From a virus, in IMG/VR virus record IMGVR_UViG_3300031999_001882, positions 32,001 to 96,000 of that record: DNA of 64,000 nucleotides; one strand, 5' to 3'. Position 1 is the stretch's first letter, and each line of letters begins with the position of its first letter. Position numbers and translations under genes: made by a program. The notes under the pieces are model-generated. The model made no database searches. It was not told the origin of the DNA and saw only the letters and a list, made by a program, of their open reading frames with translations. Of this stretch, positions 47,174 to 57,344 are shown one piece after another.

Positions 47174-47851
47174 TTAGAAATTCGGGTCTGTGATTCCATC
47201 AATGTTCGTTATCAGACCATTGATGTCTGGTATTTGTATCTTGTCAATCAATTCAGCTTCGGCAATGGACAATGTTTCTTCAAATTCCGTGTAAATATCG
47301 ACGCTCAACTCATGGGTCGAAACGGGATCGTTCCCGATTGTTTCCGTTCCCTCCGCCCCAAGAGAAATGTCGAGTATTTCAATGCCTGCGACCCGAAATT
47401 TCTCAAAAATCCAGAACCGCAACCCGGAGATCGTGCGATCCACGATCCGCTCCACCTTCTTCGGGTTGTAGTCGTAAAATTTCAGGTTGACAGTCAAGTT
47501 CAGAGGCCCGCCGTAGCGTTCCCCCAACACCCCCGTCTGCGTCACTCCGTTGATGAGCACAGGCCCCATGACCTGTTCTTGGAACTCCCTGTTCAGCGAC
47601 CGAAAAAACCCCCGCCCGGACACGACATCCACAATGACGATAGGGTAAATCCTGAACTGCACAGGGAAGTGCTCGTACACCGTGATTCCCGTTATCTTGT
47701 TGTCGGCATTCCATACAAAATTCACGTCCTGCGGGTTGAGCGGCGGCGCTTGCTCTGGGAACTGCGGGTCTGGCATTCCATAGACCTGATAGAACTGCCG
47801 AAGCAGGTCTACAAAGACCAGTCGCGTATACCGCTTAGCTCGCAGAATCAC
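47174..47851 (-). CDS. Tail completion/terminator-like protein
   Basis: Directly upstream of sheath; YP.I.V motif. Confidence 0.55.
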   Translation of the reverse strand: MILRAKRYTRLVFVDLLRQFYQVYGMPDPQFPEQAPPLNPQDVNFVWNADNKITGITVYEHFPVQFRIYPIVIVDVVSGRGFFRSLNREFQEQVMGPVLINGVTQTGVLGERYGGPLNLTVNLKFYDYNPKKVERIVDRTISGLRFWIFEKFRVAGIEILDISLGAEGTETIGNDPVSTHELSVDIYTEFEETLSIAEAELIDKIQIPDINGLITNIDGITDPNF

Positions 47852-47861
47852 CGTTCACTCC

Positions 47862-48743
47862 TCAACATGGCGCAGGGTACGGCGCAAGAGGCCCCGGCAC
47901 GACCAACTGCGGGTGCACATAGGCTTTGTCCGTCCGCTCCAACTGGTTCATCTCAAAATCTTGGTGCGTAATCAGGTTCCGCCAAAAATACGGCGTGACG
48001 TTGATGATCTCGAAGCGCCGATTCTCTCCGTCAATCACAATATCGTGGTCGTGCAGGCGAGGACTCCACACCGTCCATGACCGGGGAACACGCTTGATCC
48101 GCCAGCCATAGGTCGCCAATTCCTTCATGGCCTGCATATTGTAGTAGCGGATTTTTACCTTCACGGGCATGAAGTACGTCACATCTCCCGGCCCGCGCCC
48201 ATAATCCTCGCTCGTATCGGCGTTGATATCCTTCTGCTTCCTCTTAAAGAGCCAGAATTCGCCGCCATCCTGCTCCAAAAGCCAGATGTTCCTGCGCCTG
48301 ATCTCATCGAAATAATACTGGCTCTGCAAATTTGACGGGTACAAACTGCTCTGCGACTTGAGCGCCGTGATATTGACCGTTGGCGCAGGAGCCGTGAACG
48401 TCATATTGATGTCTCCAAACGGCGATACCCCAAAGGCGCTCGTATTCTCATAGGTCTGCGGCGTTGATGGGGCGCTCTCTCCCATGATGTTCACCGATGT
48501 CACCGAATAATACGGATCGGTGTCTATGATGATCGGCACGCTGGTGTCCACGAAGCCCGTAGACTGAATCAAAGACGTATTGACCCGGACAAAATCGCCG
48601 TAAGGCGTGAAGTTCCGGTACACATTGAATCCGCTCACCCCGTTCAGGTTATCCCAAAGGAGCTGGACCTCGGTTTCGGGGATGTTTACCCCCGTCACCA
48701 GCAGGTTGCGGACCATGATGTTGCCCGGCGGAACACACGCCAT
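47862..48743 (-). CDS. Neck/head-closure-like protein with N-terminal FN3-like domain
   Basis: L.W...GFNVYR...F.D...YY.VT.V...GES; WT...P.L...DI. Confidence 0.6.
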   Translation of the reverse strand: MACVPPGNIMVRNLLVTGVNIPETEVQLLWDNLNGVSGFNVYRNFTPYGDFVRVNTSLIQSTGFVDTSVPIIIDTDPYYSVTSVNIMGESAPSTPQTYENTSAFGVSPFGDINMTFTAPAPTVNITALKSQSSLYPSNLQSQYYFDEIRRRNIWLLEQDGGEFWLFKRKQKDINADTSEDYGRGPGDVTYFMPVKVKIRYYNMQAMKELATYGWRIKRVPRSWTVWSPRLHDHDIVIDGENRRFEIINVTPYFWRNLITHQDFEMNQLERTDKAYVHPQLVVPGPLAPYPAPC

Positions 48744-49223
48744 CTATATACCTACCTTAACCAATTTTTCGCTCGATGCCAATTCATTCGGACTCGCCAG
48801 AGTTTCCGTCGATGGAGACAAGGGAAACCCAGCCTCTTTGAACGCCGCATCCACCCATGTCGAGCACACCTTATACGACTGCGCGATCTTGAGATAGCCC
48901 AAGAGCATATTCAGGAAGCTGTAATGGTCGTTGATGTTCATGTAGCACCAATAAAGCGCCCTGATTTTGAACTTGTCATCGCACGCTGGCCGGAACACTT
49001 GATATGCCCTTGTGTCATCCACCAGCATCCGAAATCGCGGGCGCGGCCAGACCATTTCTACCACCAGATCAGGCTCCGTCGAGATCATGGCGGCGTGCGT
49101 GTAAATCGGCGATTTCACCGATCCCAGCTCGCCGAACAGCTTTTGAAGCACCGCGAAAAAGTGGTGCTTCCATAACCCGTCATCCGGGTAAAGCAGGATG
49201 TCGCCCGGTTTCAGCTCCATCAT
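48744..49223 (-). CDS. Permuted papain-like (YiiX/YaeF-type) enzyme
   Basis: LKPGDILL, YTHAAM (His), VCS (Cys), SP.EL: His before Cys as in permuted NlpC/P60. Confidence 0.75.
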   Translation of the reverse strand: MMELKPGDILLYPDDGLWKHHFFAVLQKLFGELGSVKSPIYTHAAMISTEPDLVVEMVWPRPRFRMLVDDTRAYQVFRPACDDKFKIRALYWCYMNINDHYSFLNMLLGYLKIAQSYKVCSTWVDAAFKEAGFPLSPSTETLASPNELASSEKLVKVGI

Positions 49224-49849
49224 TGAAAGAACTCCACCATGACGTTATGCGTTCGCACAGCCGTCTCGCTGACTCCATCCGGGCAAGAGATCGACAACCT
49301 GAGCTTGTAATAGTTCGGGAATGCCATCGACTCATCGCTCAAAAACGGGATCATCATGCCGGATGAAATCGGAACAGCGTCGATCATCTTTGGCATGAGA
49401 ACAGAATCATTGGTCGCCAACAAAACATCGGCTGACAGCATATCGTCAATGTCGGCATCGTTGGTGTAGAGATGCCCGCCACGGAAATAAACTGTCGTCG
49501 GAAACTGAACATCTACAAACGTAAATGTCGCACCCGGCGGCATGGTCATCTGGTAACCCTTCCACTTGTTGTAGGTATTCAAGGGTTGAGGAGACATGGA
49601 GAAGCGCTCTGGCCTGCTCACTCCGGCCTTCACTTCCAATGGCGCGTTGGCTTTGGCTTTATAGTTCGTCTCAAAATCCGTCTGATCGGAGCCGCTATCC
49701 TTGAGAAGAACCGTATGCCACAAAAAGGTCCGAGCCTCTGGCGCATAAATCTGGTAACGGTCGCCCAGATCGCTATACTGGATCAAGAGCGCTTTGCTTG
49801 TGACAAGGCTCTTGAAATCAGCCCAAGTCGCTATATCCATCATGTTCAT
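49220..49849 (-). CDS. Structural protein, paralogous N-terminus to 49846-50874
   Basis: Shared QY...DRY.IYAPEA.TFLWH..LL.D.G.D.TDFETNYK. Confidence 0.7.
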   Translation of the reverse strand: MNMMDIATWADFKSLVTSKALLIQYSDLGDRYQIYAPEARTFLWHTVLLKDSGSDQTDFETNYKAKANAPLEVKAGVSRPERFSMSPQPLNTYNKWKGYQMTMPPGATFTFVDVQFPTTVYFRGGHLYTNDADIDDMLSADVLLATNDSVLMPKMIDAVPISSGMMIPFLSDESMAFPNYYKLRLSISCPDGVSETAVRTHNVMVEFFQ

Positions 49850-50874
49850 AGCGTCACCTCCCGCCCATTCATTCCGGCTTCAAAATCACCAGCCGACGCT
49901 TGTTTGTTGGTGACGCTTACGACGATACGATGCCCTGCCGGAACAGAAACAGGAACCGGAAATATGTGATTGTATGGCGAGTTTGCGGCGCTGAAAAAAT
50001 GGTCAATTTCAGAACTGTCGCCAAGAGTTAGAGTTCGTAGCGCGTCAAAATGAAATTCTCGGTTAGCCGTTTTAGACACAAAAATGTCAATCTTGGAAAC
50101 CGCCGTTTTGTCGAATGTCGTGATCTCGGAAAGATCAAAATGAAAATCTGTCCAAGCCAACCCCAAAGCTTGTTGAGAAAACGCATAAGTAGTCGCCGCT
50201 TGCGTGACGCGAATCCAAATTTTTGGTCCGTTAGTGAGAGAGCTTGCCTTGGCCCACAAAACAATCTCTGCTTCCGATGCCCAATTCTGCGTCGGGCTGA
50301 CTGTCTTAGTAAGAATGGCTGTTGCTCCACTCCCTCCGGTAGCGTTGATCTTGAGAGAGCCTGTGCCTTCTTTCTTGTCAACCGTGTCAACAGTCAGAGT
50401 TCCCGGCCCGGAGGAAATAGCCCATCCCGTCGCCGAGTCCATTGAATCCCGCATTGTCTCAGTTTGAGTCCCGAAAAGCTCAATCAGCTCGTAATATCCG
50501 CTATTGGTCCCAGACGCATCCCAAGCTGAAATCTCCCATCGCTTTCCGGCTGGAACTTCGAGATCAATCACTCTGGCTGTTTTGTTGGCCGCGATATTCA
50601 CCAAGGCAATCGGAATGTTGTCGCCCAAATCCTTAAAATTCTGGACCCTCGGAATCAGGGCTGAGTTGGCCGTTGGTTTATAGTTCGTCTCAAAATCGGT
50701 TACATCAGGCCCGGCATCTCTGAGCAAAGTAATGTGCCACAAAAACGTCGCCGCTTCTGGGGCATAGATGTCATACCGATCCGGCATCTCTGTATATTGA
50801 ACGGTCAAGACCTTAGAGTTGATGAGATTTGTCAACCCACCCCACGTCGATAATTCCATGTTTTGCATAGTCAA
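49846..50874 (-). CDS. Structural protein with CBM-like insert
   Basis: Shared N-domain; DS..GW...KKEGTGSLK...W..F.FDL...FD.LR. Confidence 0.7.
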   Translation of the reverse strand: MTMQNMELSTWGGLTNLINSKVLTVQYTEMPDRYDIYAPEAATFLWHITLLRDAGPDVTDFETNYKPTANSALIPRVQNFKDLGDNIPIALVNIAANKTARVIDLEVPAGKRWEISAWDASGTNSGYYELIELFGTQTETMRDSMDSATGWAISSGPGTLTVDTVDKKEGTGSLKINATGGSGATAILTKTVSPTQNWASEAEIVLWAKASSLTNGPKIWIRVTQAATTYAFSQQALGLAWTDFHFDLSEITTFDKTAVSKIDIFVSKTANREFHFDALRTLTLGDSSEIDHFFSAANSPYNHIFPVPVSVPAGHRIVVSVTNKQASAGDFEAGMNGREVTL

Positions 50875-50880
50875 TATCCC

Positions 50881-53445
50881 TTACGGAGTAGTCTCAGCAT
50901 ATTCAATGCTCGTCGCCAAGATTCTATTGTTGGCATCGCCGACTCCGGTAATCAACAAATTAGTGTTGGGGGCCAACACGATCCCATAACCTACATCAAC
51001 AAGCATGGAATTAGCGTCTTTTCCGGTTGATAAAGTTTTGATTTTAGTTCCAAACGCAGTAGTCGTCGGAAGCGTGTAAAACTTCATTACGCTGGTTGCT
51101 GGCGATGTTTTGATATACCCAGAGACAGGCGCGACAGACGTTCCGTTGGCGGTGATCGTCGGACTGATATAAAAACGTGGCTCAATGCTCCCGCCCTTAG
51201 TCACACAATCCATATAGATTCTGCGAATCCACATCGTTCCTCCCGATGCGTTTGGATTATTGATGAGCATGAGAGAGGTTTCGGCGGTGGTAGCGGAGTT
51301 CTGCTCCAAGGCCACATGAAAAAATTGTCCTGTAAAAGTGAACTCTGCCTCCGCAGGAATAGACGCGACATACATGGCATTTTCGCCAACCACATTGCTA
51401 TCGACGGAAACATTATGAAATGTCAGGCCATCCAAACCGCCAATTTGCAGGGCGCGGGTTGGTATGGTTATCGTCGAACCATCCTGCCCGGTATAGGAAC
51501 TGAGCTGGGCGATCTCTTGGGCTACGGCGGTATTCAGATTCGATAGCTGAGTGACTTCCTGCGATCCGTAAAGCTCAATGGTTGTGAGCTGGGTGATTTC
51601 AGTCGAAAGTTGGGAGTTTACCGTCGTAAGTTGCGTCACCTCAAGAGCAACGGCGGCGTTTAAGTTCGATAACTGAGTTACCGCCTGCGATCCATAAAGC
51701 TCGATGGTCGTCATCTGCGTCGTCTGAGCAGAGAGCTGAGCATTGACCGTCGTAAGTTGAGTGACTTCCAGAGCCACGGCAGAGTTCAGGTTTGAAAGCT
51801 GAGTAATTTCCTGCGAAAGCTGGGACAAATTATTGTTGATGAGCGTCGTCAGCTCTGCCGCTAATTGCGCCGCCGTCGTGTTCAAATTAGTGAGCTGGGT
51901 TATCTGTTGGCTTTCATAAAGCTCAATCGTGGTCATCTGCGTGGTTTGCGCCGAAAGATTGGCGTTGACCGTCGTAAGCTGTGTTACTTCCAAAGCGACC
52001 GCCGCATTGAGATTCGATAGCTGAGTGACTTCTTGCGCCAATACCGTAATTTGCGCGGTCTGGTTTGCGGCGGTTGATACGGCTGAGTTCAGCGAAGAAA
52101 GCTGGGCCGCTTCCTGCGCCAGAGTCACATTCACGGTGGAGAGTTGAGTCACTTCCAGAGCTACAGCCAGATTCAAATTACTGAGCTGGATAACTTCTTG
52201 AACGGATAAATAGGTATCCGCATCCGTGGAAGTATTGGTAATGATCTGGCTGAGTTGACCGACCTCCTGCGATCCATAAAGTTCCAGCGTCGAGAGTTGA
52301 GTAATTTCCTGAGAATGATATGGACGGTAATCTACTCCGGTGATGGCTGTGTTTGTGATGATGCTCGATAACTGAGCGACCTCTTGAGTTAAAAGAGCGA
52401 CCGTTGATGTCGAAACGGTGCGGACCTCTCCGCCCGTGAACGTAAATTGGCTGAGTTGTGTAATTTCCTGAGCCAAGGACACCAAAACGTCCGTCAACTC
52501 AGTCACTTGCTGGGAAGCCAGCGTAATCTGGGCATTTTGTCCAGCAGATGTCGCTCCGGTCGATGAAGTCACATTCAAATTTCCGCCAGAGAATGTGAAC
52601 TGACTCAGTTGCGTGACTTCTTGCACCTCATAAAGCTGTAGCGTCGAAAGCTGAGTAATTTCCGCGCTCAACTGATTGCTGACGATGGTGAGCTGATTCA
52701 CCGTCTGGTTGATGACCACTCCTGACAAGGTGTTGGTAATGATTTGGCTAAGCTGGGCAACTTCTTGGCCTAAAATTACCGTCTGCGCGTCCTGCTTGAC
52801 CTGCACATTGGTGAGCTGGCTCACTTCTTGCCCCAAAAGCAGAAACACATTGGTGAACCCGGTCGCGGCTGAGATCATTATGTTTGTCATCCCGGTCGCG
52901 TTCGAGGCAAGCAAGTCTCTGGTCAAATCTTCGAGCTGGTCCGTGTTGACGTTCACATCGCCAATGGTGATCGACAGCCCTTGAAGCTCAGCGATGATCG
53001 CCGAGAGCTGACCGACTTCAAAACTGACATTGGGCGACACCAGATCGGTGTTGATGATGACGGTCGAAAGCTGATCCACCATCTGAGTCAATGCCGGGGA
53101 GGTGACCACGGCAGTATTGGTCAGCGAAGCAATGAAATAGGTAATCCGAACATTGTTGGCCGGAGACGACGGGATAGCCTGTGTCGTCGTAATCACATAC
53201 CCAGCGACCGTAAAGGCTGAAAAAGTGGTCCAATTTGTTCCATCTGCCGTAATTTCGACAAAAACATTGGATGAGACAGGCAGATGAGCCAGCGTAAATT
53301 GCTGACCGATAGCGTTGTTACCCGTGAACTTCTCCTGAACGGAAAAGAACGCTCCAATAACTTGAAGCGAATCTTCGCGGACGCGAGCCGCCTGTTTCGT
53401 TAAAGGATCGCGGATGAAAAGGTCTGACGATTGACCGCTAAACAT
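50881..53445 (-). CDS. Long acidic Ser/Thr/Gln-rich coiled-coil fibre protein (854 aa)
   Basis: Many E(V/I)TQL(S/T) repeats at 14-residue spacing; globular ends. Confidence 0.75.
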   Translation of the reverse strand: MFSGQSSDLFIRDPLTKQAARVREDSLQVIGAFFSVQEKFTGNNAIGQQFTLAHLPVSSNVFVEITADGTNWTTFSAFTVAGYVITTTQAIPSSPANNVRITYFIASLTNTAVVTSPALTQMVDQLSTVIINTDLVSPNVSFEVGQLSAIIAELQGLSITIGDVNVNTDQLEDLTRDLLASNATGMTNIMISAATGFTNVFLLLGQEVSQLTNVQVKQDAQTVILGQEVAQLSQIITNTLSGVVINQTVNQLTIVSNQLSAEITQLSTLQLYEVQEVTQLSQFTFSGGNLNVTSSTGATSAGQNAQITLASQQVTELTDVLVSLAQEITQLSQFTFTGGEVRTVSTSTVALLTQEVAQLSSIITNTAITGVDYRPYHSQEITQLSTLELYGSQEVGQLSQIITNTSTDADTYLSVQEVIQLSNLNLAVALEVTQLSTVNVTLAQEAAQLSSLNSAVSTAANQTAQITVLAQEVTQLSNLNAAVALEVTQLTTVNANLSAQTTQMTTIELYESQQITQLTNLNTTAAQLAAELTTLINNNLSQLSQEITQLSNLNSAVALEVTQLTTVNAQLSAQTTQMTTIELYGSQAVTQLSNLNAAVALEVTQLTTVNSQLSTEITQLTTIELYGSQEVTQLSNLNTAVAQEIAQLSSYTGQDGSTITIPTRALQIGGLDGLTFHNVSVDSNVVGENAMYVASIPAEAEFTFTGQFFHVALEQNSATTAETSLMLINNPNASGGTMWIRRIYMDCVTKGGSIEPRFYISPTITANGTSVAPVSGYIKTSPATSVMKFYTLPTTTAFGTKIKTLSTGKDANSMLVDVGYGIVLAPNTNLLITGVGDANNRILATSIEYAETTP

Positions 53446-54887
53446 TAAAATCCCCCATTGGCGTAAATTTGGAGATTGGCCGCAACGCCATTGGTCGAAA
53501 CGTATATCCGATGAGCGTTCTGATTGCTAAACCCAAACGTCCCATTGGTAAGGCTCATCACCGAATTTGCGACAGACTCAAATCTCACGTTTATGTTTGC
53601 ATCGGATGTCAGATAAACGTCCTCCATCCGAAGCCCGCCAAAATCATAGAGCACGTCAGAAAGTCCGGTCGCCTGCGTACCCTCAAAAACATAGTATTGG
53701 CCGTGCGGCGGAGTCTGCGTAATCGACAACCCTTCCACCGCCGTCAGCACGCTGAGTTGGGTGACCTCTTGATTGAGCGTAGCCGAATTGATATTGACGC
53801 ACAACCCTGCAATTTCTTGGAGGATACTGAGCTGGGTCACCTCTTGAGCCAATGAGCCGGAATTGATATTGACGCACAGCCCGGCCAGCTCTTGAAAGAT
53901 GCTGAGCTGGGTTTCTTCTGTCGCCAGCCGCGCCTGCAAATCGGAGAGCTGAGCTACTTCCTGAGCCATCAAAAACTCGGTGTCTGTGAATCCGCCCGCA
54001 ATGGTGGCCGTCTGAATCCGGGTCAATTCCTCAAGCTGATCCGTGTTGACATCCACCTTGCCGATTGAGACGGATAGATTAGACAGCTCGTAAAGAACGC
54101 TGAGCTGGGTCACTTCCTGCGCCAGCGCATTCGAGTTGATGTTGACGCACAGCCCTTGAAGTTCTTGCAGGATGCTGAGCTGAGTAATCTCGGTGGCCGC
54201 CCGGAGTTGCAGGTCGGACAGTTGCGTGATTTGCTGGCTGATTAAGGATTCCAGCGTCGAAAGCTGGACCACTTCTTGAGCCACCAGCGTCACGATATTG
54301 GTCATGCCCTCCAACAGCTCAATCTTGAGATCGGTCAGCCCATCCTGAATGGAGATGGTCGAGGACTGGATCGCGGCAAGCATCAGCGTCATGCCATCGG
54401 CCATCGTCGCCGTGTTCAGGCGCATCAGCAATTCCAGCTCATCGGTGTTCACGTTGATGTCGCCAATCGTGATCGACAGGCCGTTCAGGGCATTGATGAT
54501 GTTGGTCATGCCCTCGCTGTTGGAGATGATGAGATTCTGGATCAGGCCAATCTCGGTGAGCTGGCTGGCTTCGCTCGCCAAGGTCGGGCTGGTGATGCTC
54601 ATGCTCCATGTGCCGTCCGGGTTCGGCGTAGCTTGGATGTCGTGCTTGGCCCCGCCATAATCCACACCCTGCACAACTACCTTCCCAATGGTGATGGGCG
54701 GAACAGAAATTTCAGTATTGGCCGCAAGCGCATACTGGTTCGTTGTTCCATCGACGAGCGACACCGAAATAGGAACAATAACGCCATCATCGCGCTGTCC
54801 GGCAAGTACGGCAACCCATTCTGAATCAGCACTTCGCGGGAAGTGCTTTTTATTCAGATTAGGATTCCATGTGGGAAATATCTCCAT
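53445..54887 (-). CDS. Second EVTQL-repeat coiled-coil protein (480 aa)
   Basis: Same repeat and shared LSITIGD.NVNTD.LE motif; TAATG overlap. Confidence 0.75.
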   Translation of the reverse strand: MEIFPTWNPNLNKKHFPRSADSEWVAVLAGQRDDGVIVPISVSLVDGTTNQYALAANTEISVPPITIGKVVVQGVDYGGAKHDIQATPNPDGTWSMSITSPTLASEASQLTEIGLIQNLIISNSEGMTNIINALNGLSITIGDINVNTDELELLMRLNTATMADGMTLMLAAIQSSTISIQDGLTDLKIELLEGMTNIVTLVAQEVVQLSTLESLISQQITQLSDLQLRAATEITQLSILQELQGLCVNINSNALAQEVTQLSVLYELSNLSVSIGKVDVNTDQLEELTRIQTATIAGGFTDTEFLMAQEVAQLSDLQARLATEETQLSIFQELAGLCVNINSGSLAQEVTQLSILQEIAGLCVNINSATLNQEVTQLSVLTAVEGLSITQTPPHGQYYVFEGTQATGLSDVLYDFGGLRMEDVYLTSDANINVRFESVANSVMSLTNGTFGFSNQNAHRIYVSTNGVAANLQIYANGGF

Positions 54888-57344
54888 TTACGCCAGAACC
54901 CCCACTACCTGTTTATTTTTTTCCGCATCCTTGAGCCTCTGAAACATCGTCTCAATCGCCCGGAGATTGTCGTCGATCTTCTTGACGTGATCCGGGTGAC
55001 TGTTCGGACTGATATTGGCCTTGGCCTTTTCAAAAGCGTCCTTGGCTCCCTGATATTCCTTCTTGTTGAACAGGATCACGCCGATGTCATTCCACGCGCC
55101 CCAGAGCTTCGGGTCCAGCTCAGTCGTCTTGTTGTAAAGCTCCAAAGCCTCCTCATACTTCTTGTTGTGGTAGAGGTGGATCGCCCGGACAAAGAACGGG
55201 CGCGGGTCTTTGGGTGTCAGCTCACATTGTTTCTCAGCCAGCTTGTAATACCAGTCGTGCTTTTCCGCCAGCGCGTGCTTTTCCTTGAGATACCCGAAGT
55301 GGTAGAGCGGCACAGGAGTTCGCACGATATTGACTTTGCGAGTCTTGCCCAGCTCAACCAAACTGTCGTCGATGTCCTCATGGATGAGCCGGGTATAGAA
55401 CACGCGCTCATCGTTGATGAACATTCGCAGGGTTTCCGACAACACCCACTTGGCATCCCAGCCCTTCTCATAGGGGTTTTCCTGATAGTTGCGTATGGGA
55501 AACAAGTACGCATCCACAGCTTCGACCTGCGCCAGCTTCCAGACGTTCATAAGCTGATCGCGGGGAACCATCTCGTCAGCATCCAATCTGAGAATCCACG
55601 GCTTTGTGCAGGCTCGAATGGCCTTATTGCGCGGCTCCGCAAACCCTTGGGTCGGGATGTCCCAAGGAAATTCCACCACCTTGGCTCCCAAGCTCTTGGC
55701 GATTTCCACGGTCTTGTCCGTGCTTCCGGTGTCGCAGACCACGACTTCATCCACGATAGGGAACGCCGATTTGATGGCGCGGGCGATATTGGCTTCCTCG
55801 TTCTTCGCCATGATGCAGAGCGAGACTTGGTTATACCGGGGAAGCTTGGCTCGCCATTCCGAGAACTTTTTGACTTCTTCATCGAACTTCTTGTCAGCTT
55901 CCAGCGCGGCCTTGGTCTTTTGCTCCGGCGTTAAACTCTCCTCTTTCTCCACATGATCCGGGGTAAAAAAGGTATCCGCCCAGAGCTTGTAGCCCGCGCA
56001 GGTCGCCCGCACGCAGAAATCCCGGTCCTCGCCGCGCATATCGCGGGGAAGATTCGGAACCCGTGCATAGCTCACACCCTTTTTGACGATCTCCTTAGAG
56101 ATATAGGTGCACGCGCCAAGTCCGCCCACCGGGTACATACCGGGCCGCCGGAGCATGGTCAGGAACTCCGCGCTGATCTCGTAGCCGCCCCTAATCCAGA
56201 CGTTCGGAAGCGGCTGAGCCGTGGTATGGCCCCAGAGCGCCCAGAACACCTCAGAGACAATCGGACGCTCCAAACCGACCATATGCTTCAAAATGCGGGG
56301 GTGGCGGATGATGATGTCCGAGTCCACCATGAATACGCCTTCGGCATCGAACTGCTGAAACATGGACCCTAGCACCCGATTCCGCATGAAGGCCATATTC
56401 GCAAGCTTCTGGTCCTCCCAATGGTGCTCTTTGTTATCCATATTGCCGAAACTCAGCGTCTCAATTTCGATCCGCTTATAAGCCTTGTCATTGCGGGCCG
56501 ACCATTCCTTGATCTTATCGAGCGTCGCATCGGTTGAATCGTTGACGATAAAATAGAAGGAAAGCTTCTCCTTGGGATAATCCAAGCTGTCCATTCCAGC
56601 CAGCCAGCGATCAATGACCCATGCCCGGTCACGCACCAGAGTCGCCACCACGACGTTCGGCCATTCGATCTGATCCTTAAAATCCTTCAAGGTCGCGGGC
56701 ATGAAAATCGAATGCGCGTGCTCCAAGTTGATGCCCGTCGCCCGTTGGAGGTAAAATTCATATTTGCGCTCTTTGTCGTCCTGCCGCGCCCATCCCCAAT
56801 GATTCAGGAACAGGTCAGACCGCGCCGTGCCGTTATTGTTCTTGCCGACAAAGGCAGGCACACATCCGCAATGGATATTGCCCACATAACCGAAGGATTC
56901 ATTCTTGAACCGAAACAAGCGCGTGATAAGCGGACTCCAATAGCCGTCTACCCGGTACTGAGTCTCGCTCCACATATCCAAAAGCCGCACGCAGTACCAG
57001 TCAAACTTGCCCGCCATGAGCGCCGGAAGCTCCTTGATGAAGGAGTCCGAGAACGTCTCGTCGGCATCCTGCGAAATGATCCAGTCGCCTTCCTTAGCGA
57101 TCTTGCGCGTCATCTCCCATTGGAGGTTGCGAAGCTGGGACTCATCCACCCCGAACATCGGTTTATCGAAAGGCGACTTGTGAAATTCCACCTTGGGATA
57201 CGACCGACAAATCTCCTCGGTTTTATCGTCGCTCAGATCATCCAGCACCATGATCTTGTCGGCGAACTTCGAGGCGTTATCCAGCATCCGGGTCAGGTAG
57301 CGATCCGCTTCGTTTCTAACCATGAGTTGACAAATTACCGACAT
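54888..57344 (-). CDS. Triple GT-A glycosyltransferase with C-terminal TPRs
   Basis: Three domains with DxD: QDADE, VDSD...GED, LDADE (SLCIMAKNEE, DTGSTD, HE, HFGY); TPR tail. Confidence 0.88.
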   Translation of the reverse strand: MSVICQLMVRNEADRYLTRMLDNASKFADKIMVLDDLSDDKTEEICRSYPKVEFHKSPFDKPMFGVDESQLRNLQWEMTRKIAKEGDWIISQDADETFSDSFIKELPALMAGKFDWYCVRLLDMWSETQYRVDGYWSPLITRLFRFKNESFGYVGNIHCGCVPAFVGKNNNGTARSDLFLNHWGWARQDDKERKYEFYLQRATGINLEHAHSIFMPATLKDFKDQIEWPNVVVATLVRDRAWVIDRWLAGMDSLDYPKEKLSFYFIVNDSTDATLDKIKEWSARNDKAYKRIEIETLSFGNMDNKEHHWEDQKLANMAFMRNRVLGSMFQQFDAEGVFMVDSDIIIRHPRILKHMVGLERPIVSEVFWALWGHTTAQPLPNVWIRGGYEISAEFLTMLRRPGMYPVGGLGACTYISKEIVKKGVSYARVPNLPRDMRGEDRDFCVRATCAGYKLWADTFFTPDHVEKEESLTPEQKTKAALEADKKFDEEVKKFSEWRAKLPRYNQVSLCIMAKNEEANIARAIKSAFPIVDEVVVCDTGSTDKTVEIAKSLGAKVVEFPWDIPTQGFAEPRNKAIRACTKPWILRLDADEMVPRDQLMNVWKLAQVEAVDAYLFPIRNYQENPYEKGWDAKWVLSETLRMFINDERVFYTRLIHEDIDDSLVELGKTRKVNIVRTPVPLYHFGYLKEKHALAEKHDWYYKLAEKQCELTPKDPRPFFVRAIHLYHNKKYEEALELYNKTTELDPKLWGAWNDIGVILFNKKEYQGAKDAFEKAKANISPNSHPDHVKKIDDNLRAIETMFQRLKDAEKNKQVVGVLA

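Noticed and set aside
54843-55934. Long plus-strand ORFs (also 2170-2976, 36909-37736, 39839-40600, 59758-60621, 60805-61740)
   Set aside because: Antisense shadows of well-supported minus-strand genes in GC3-biased DNA; no recognisable motifs
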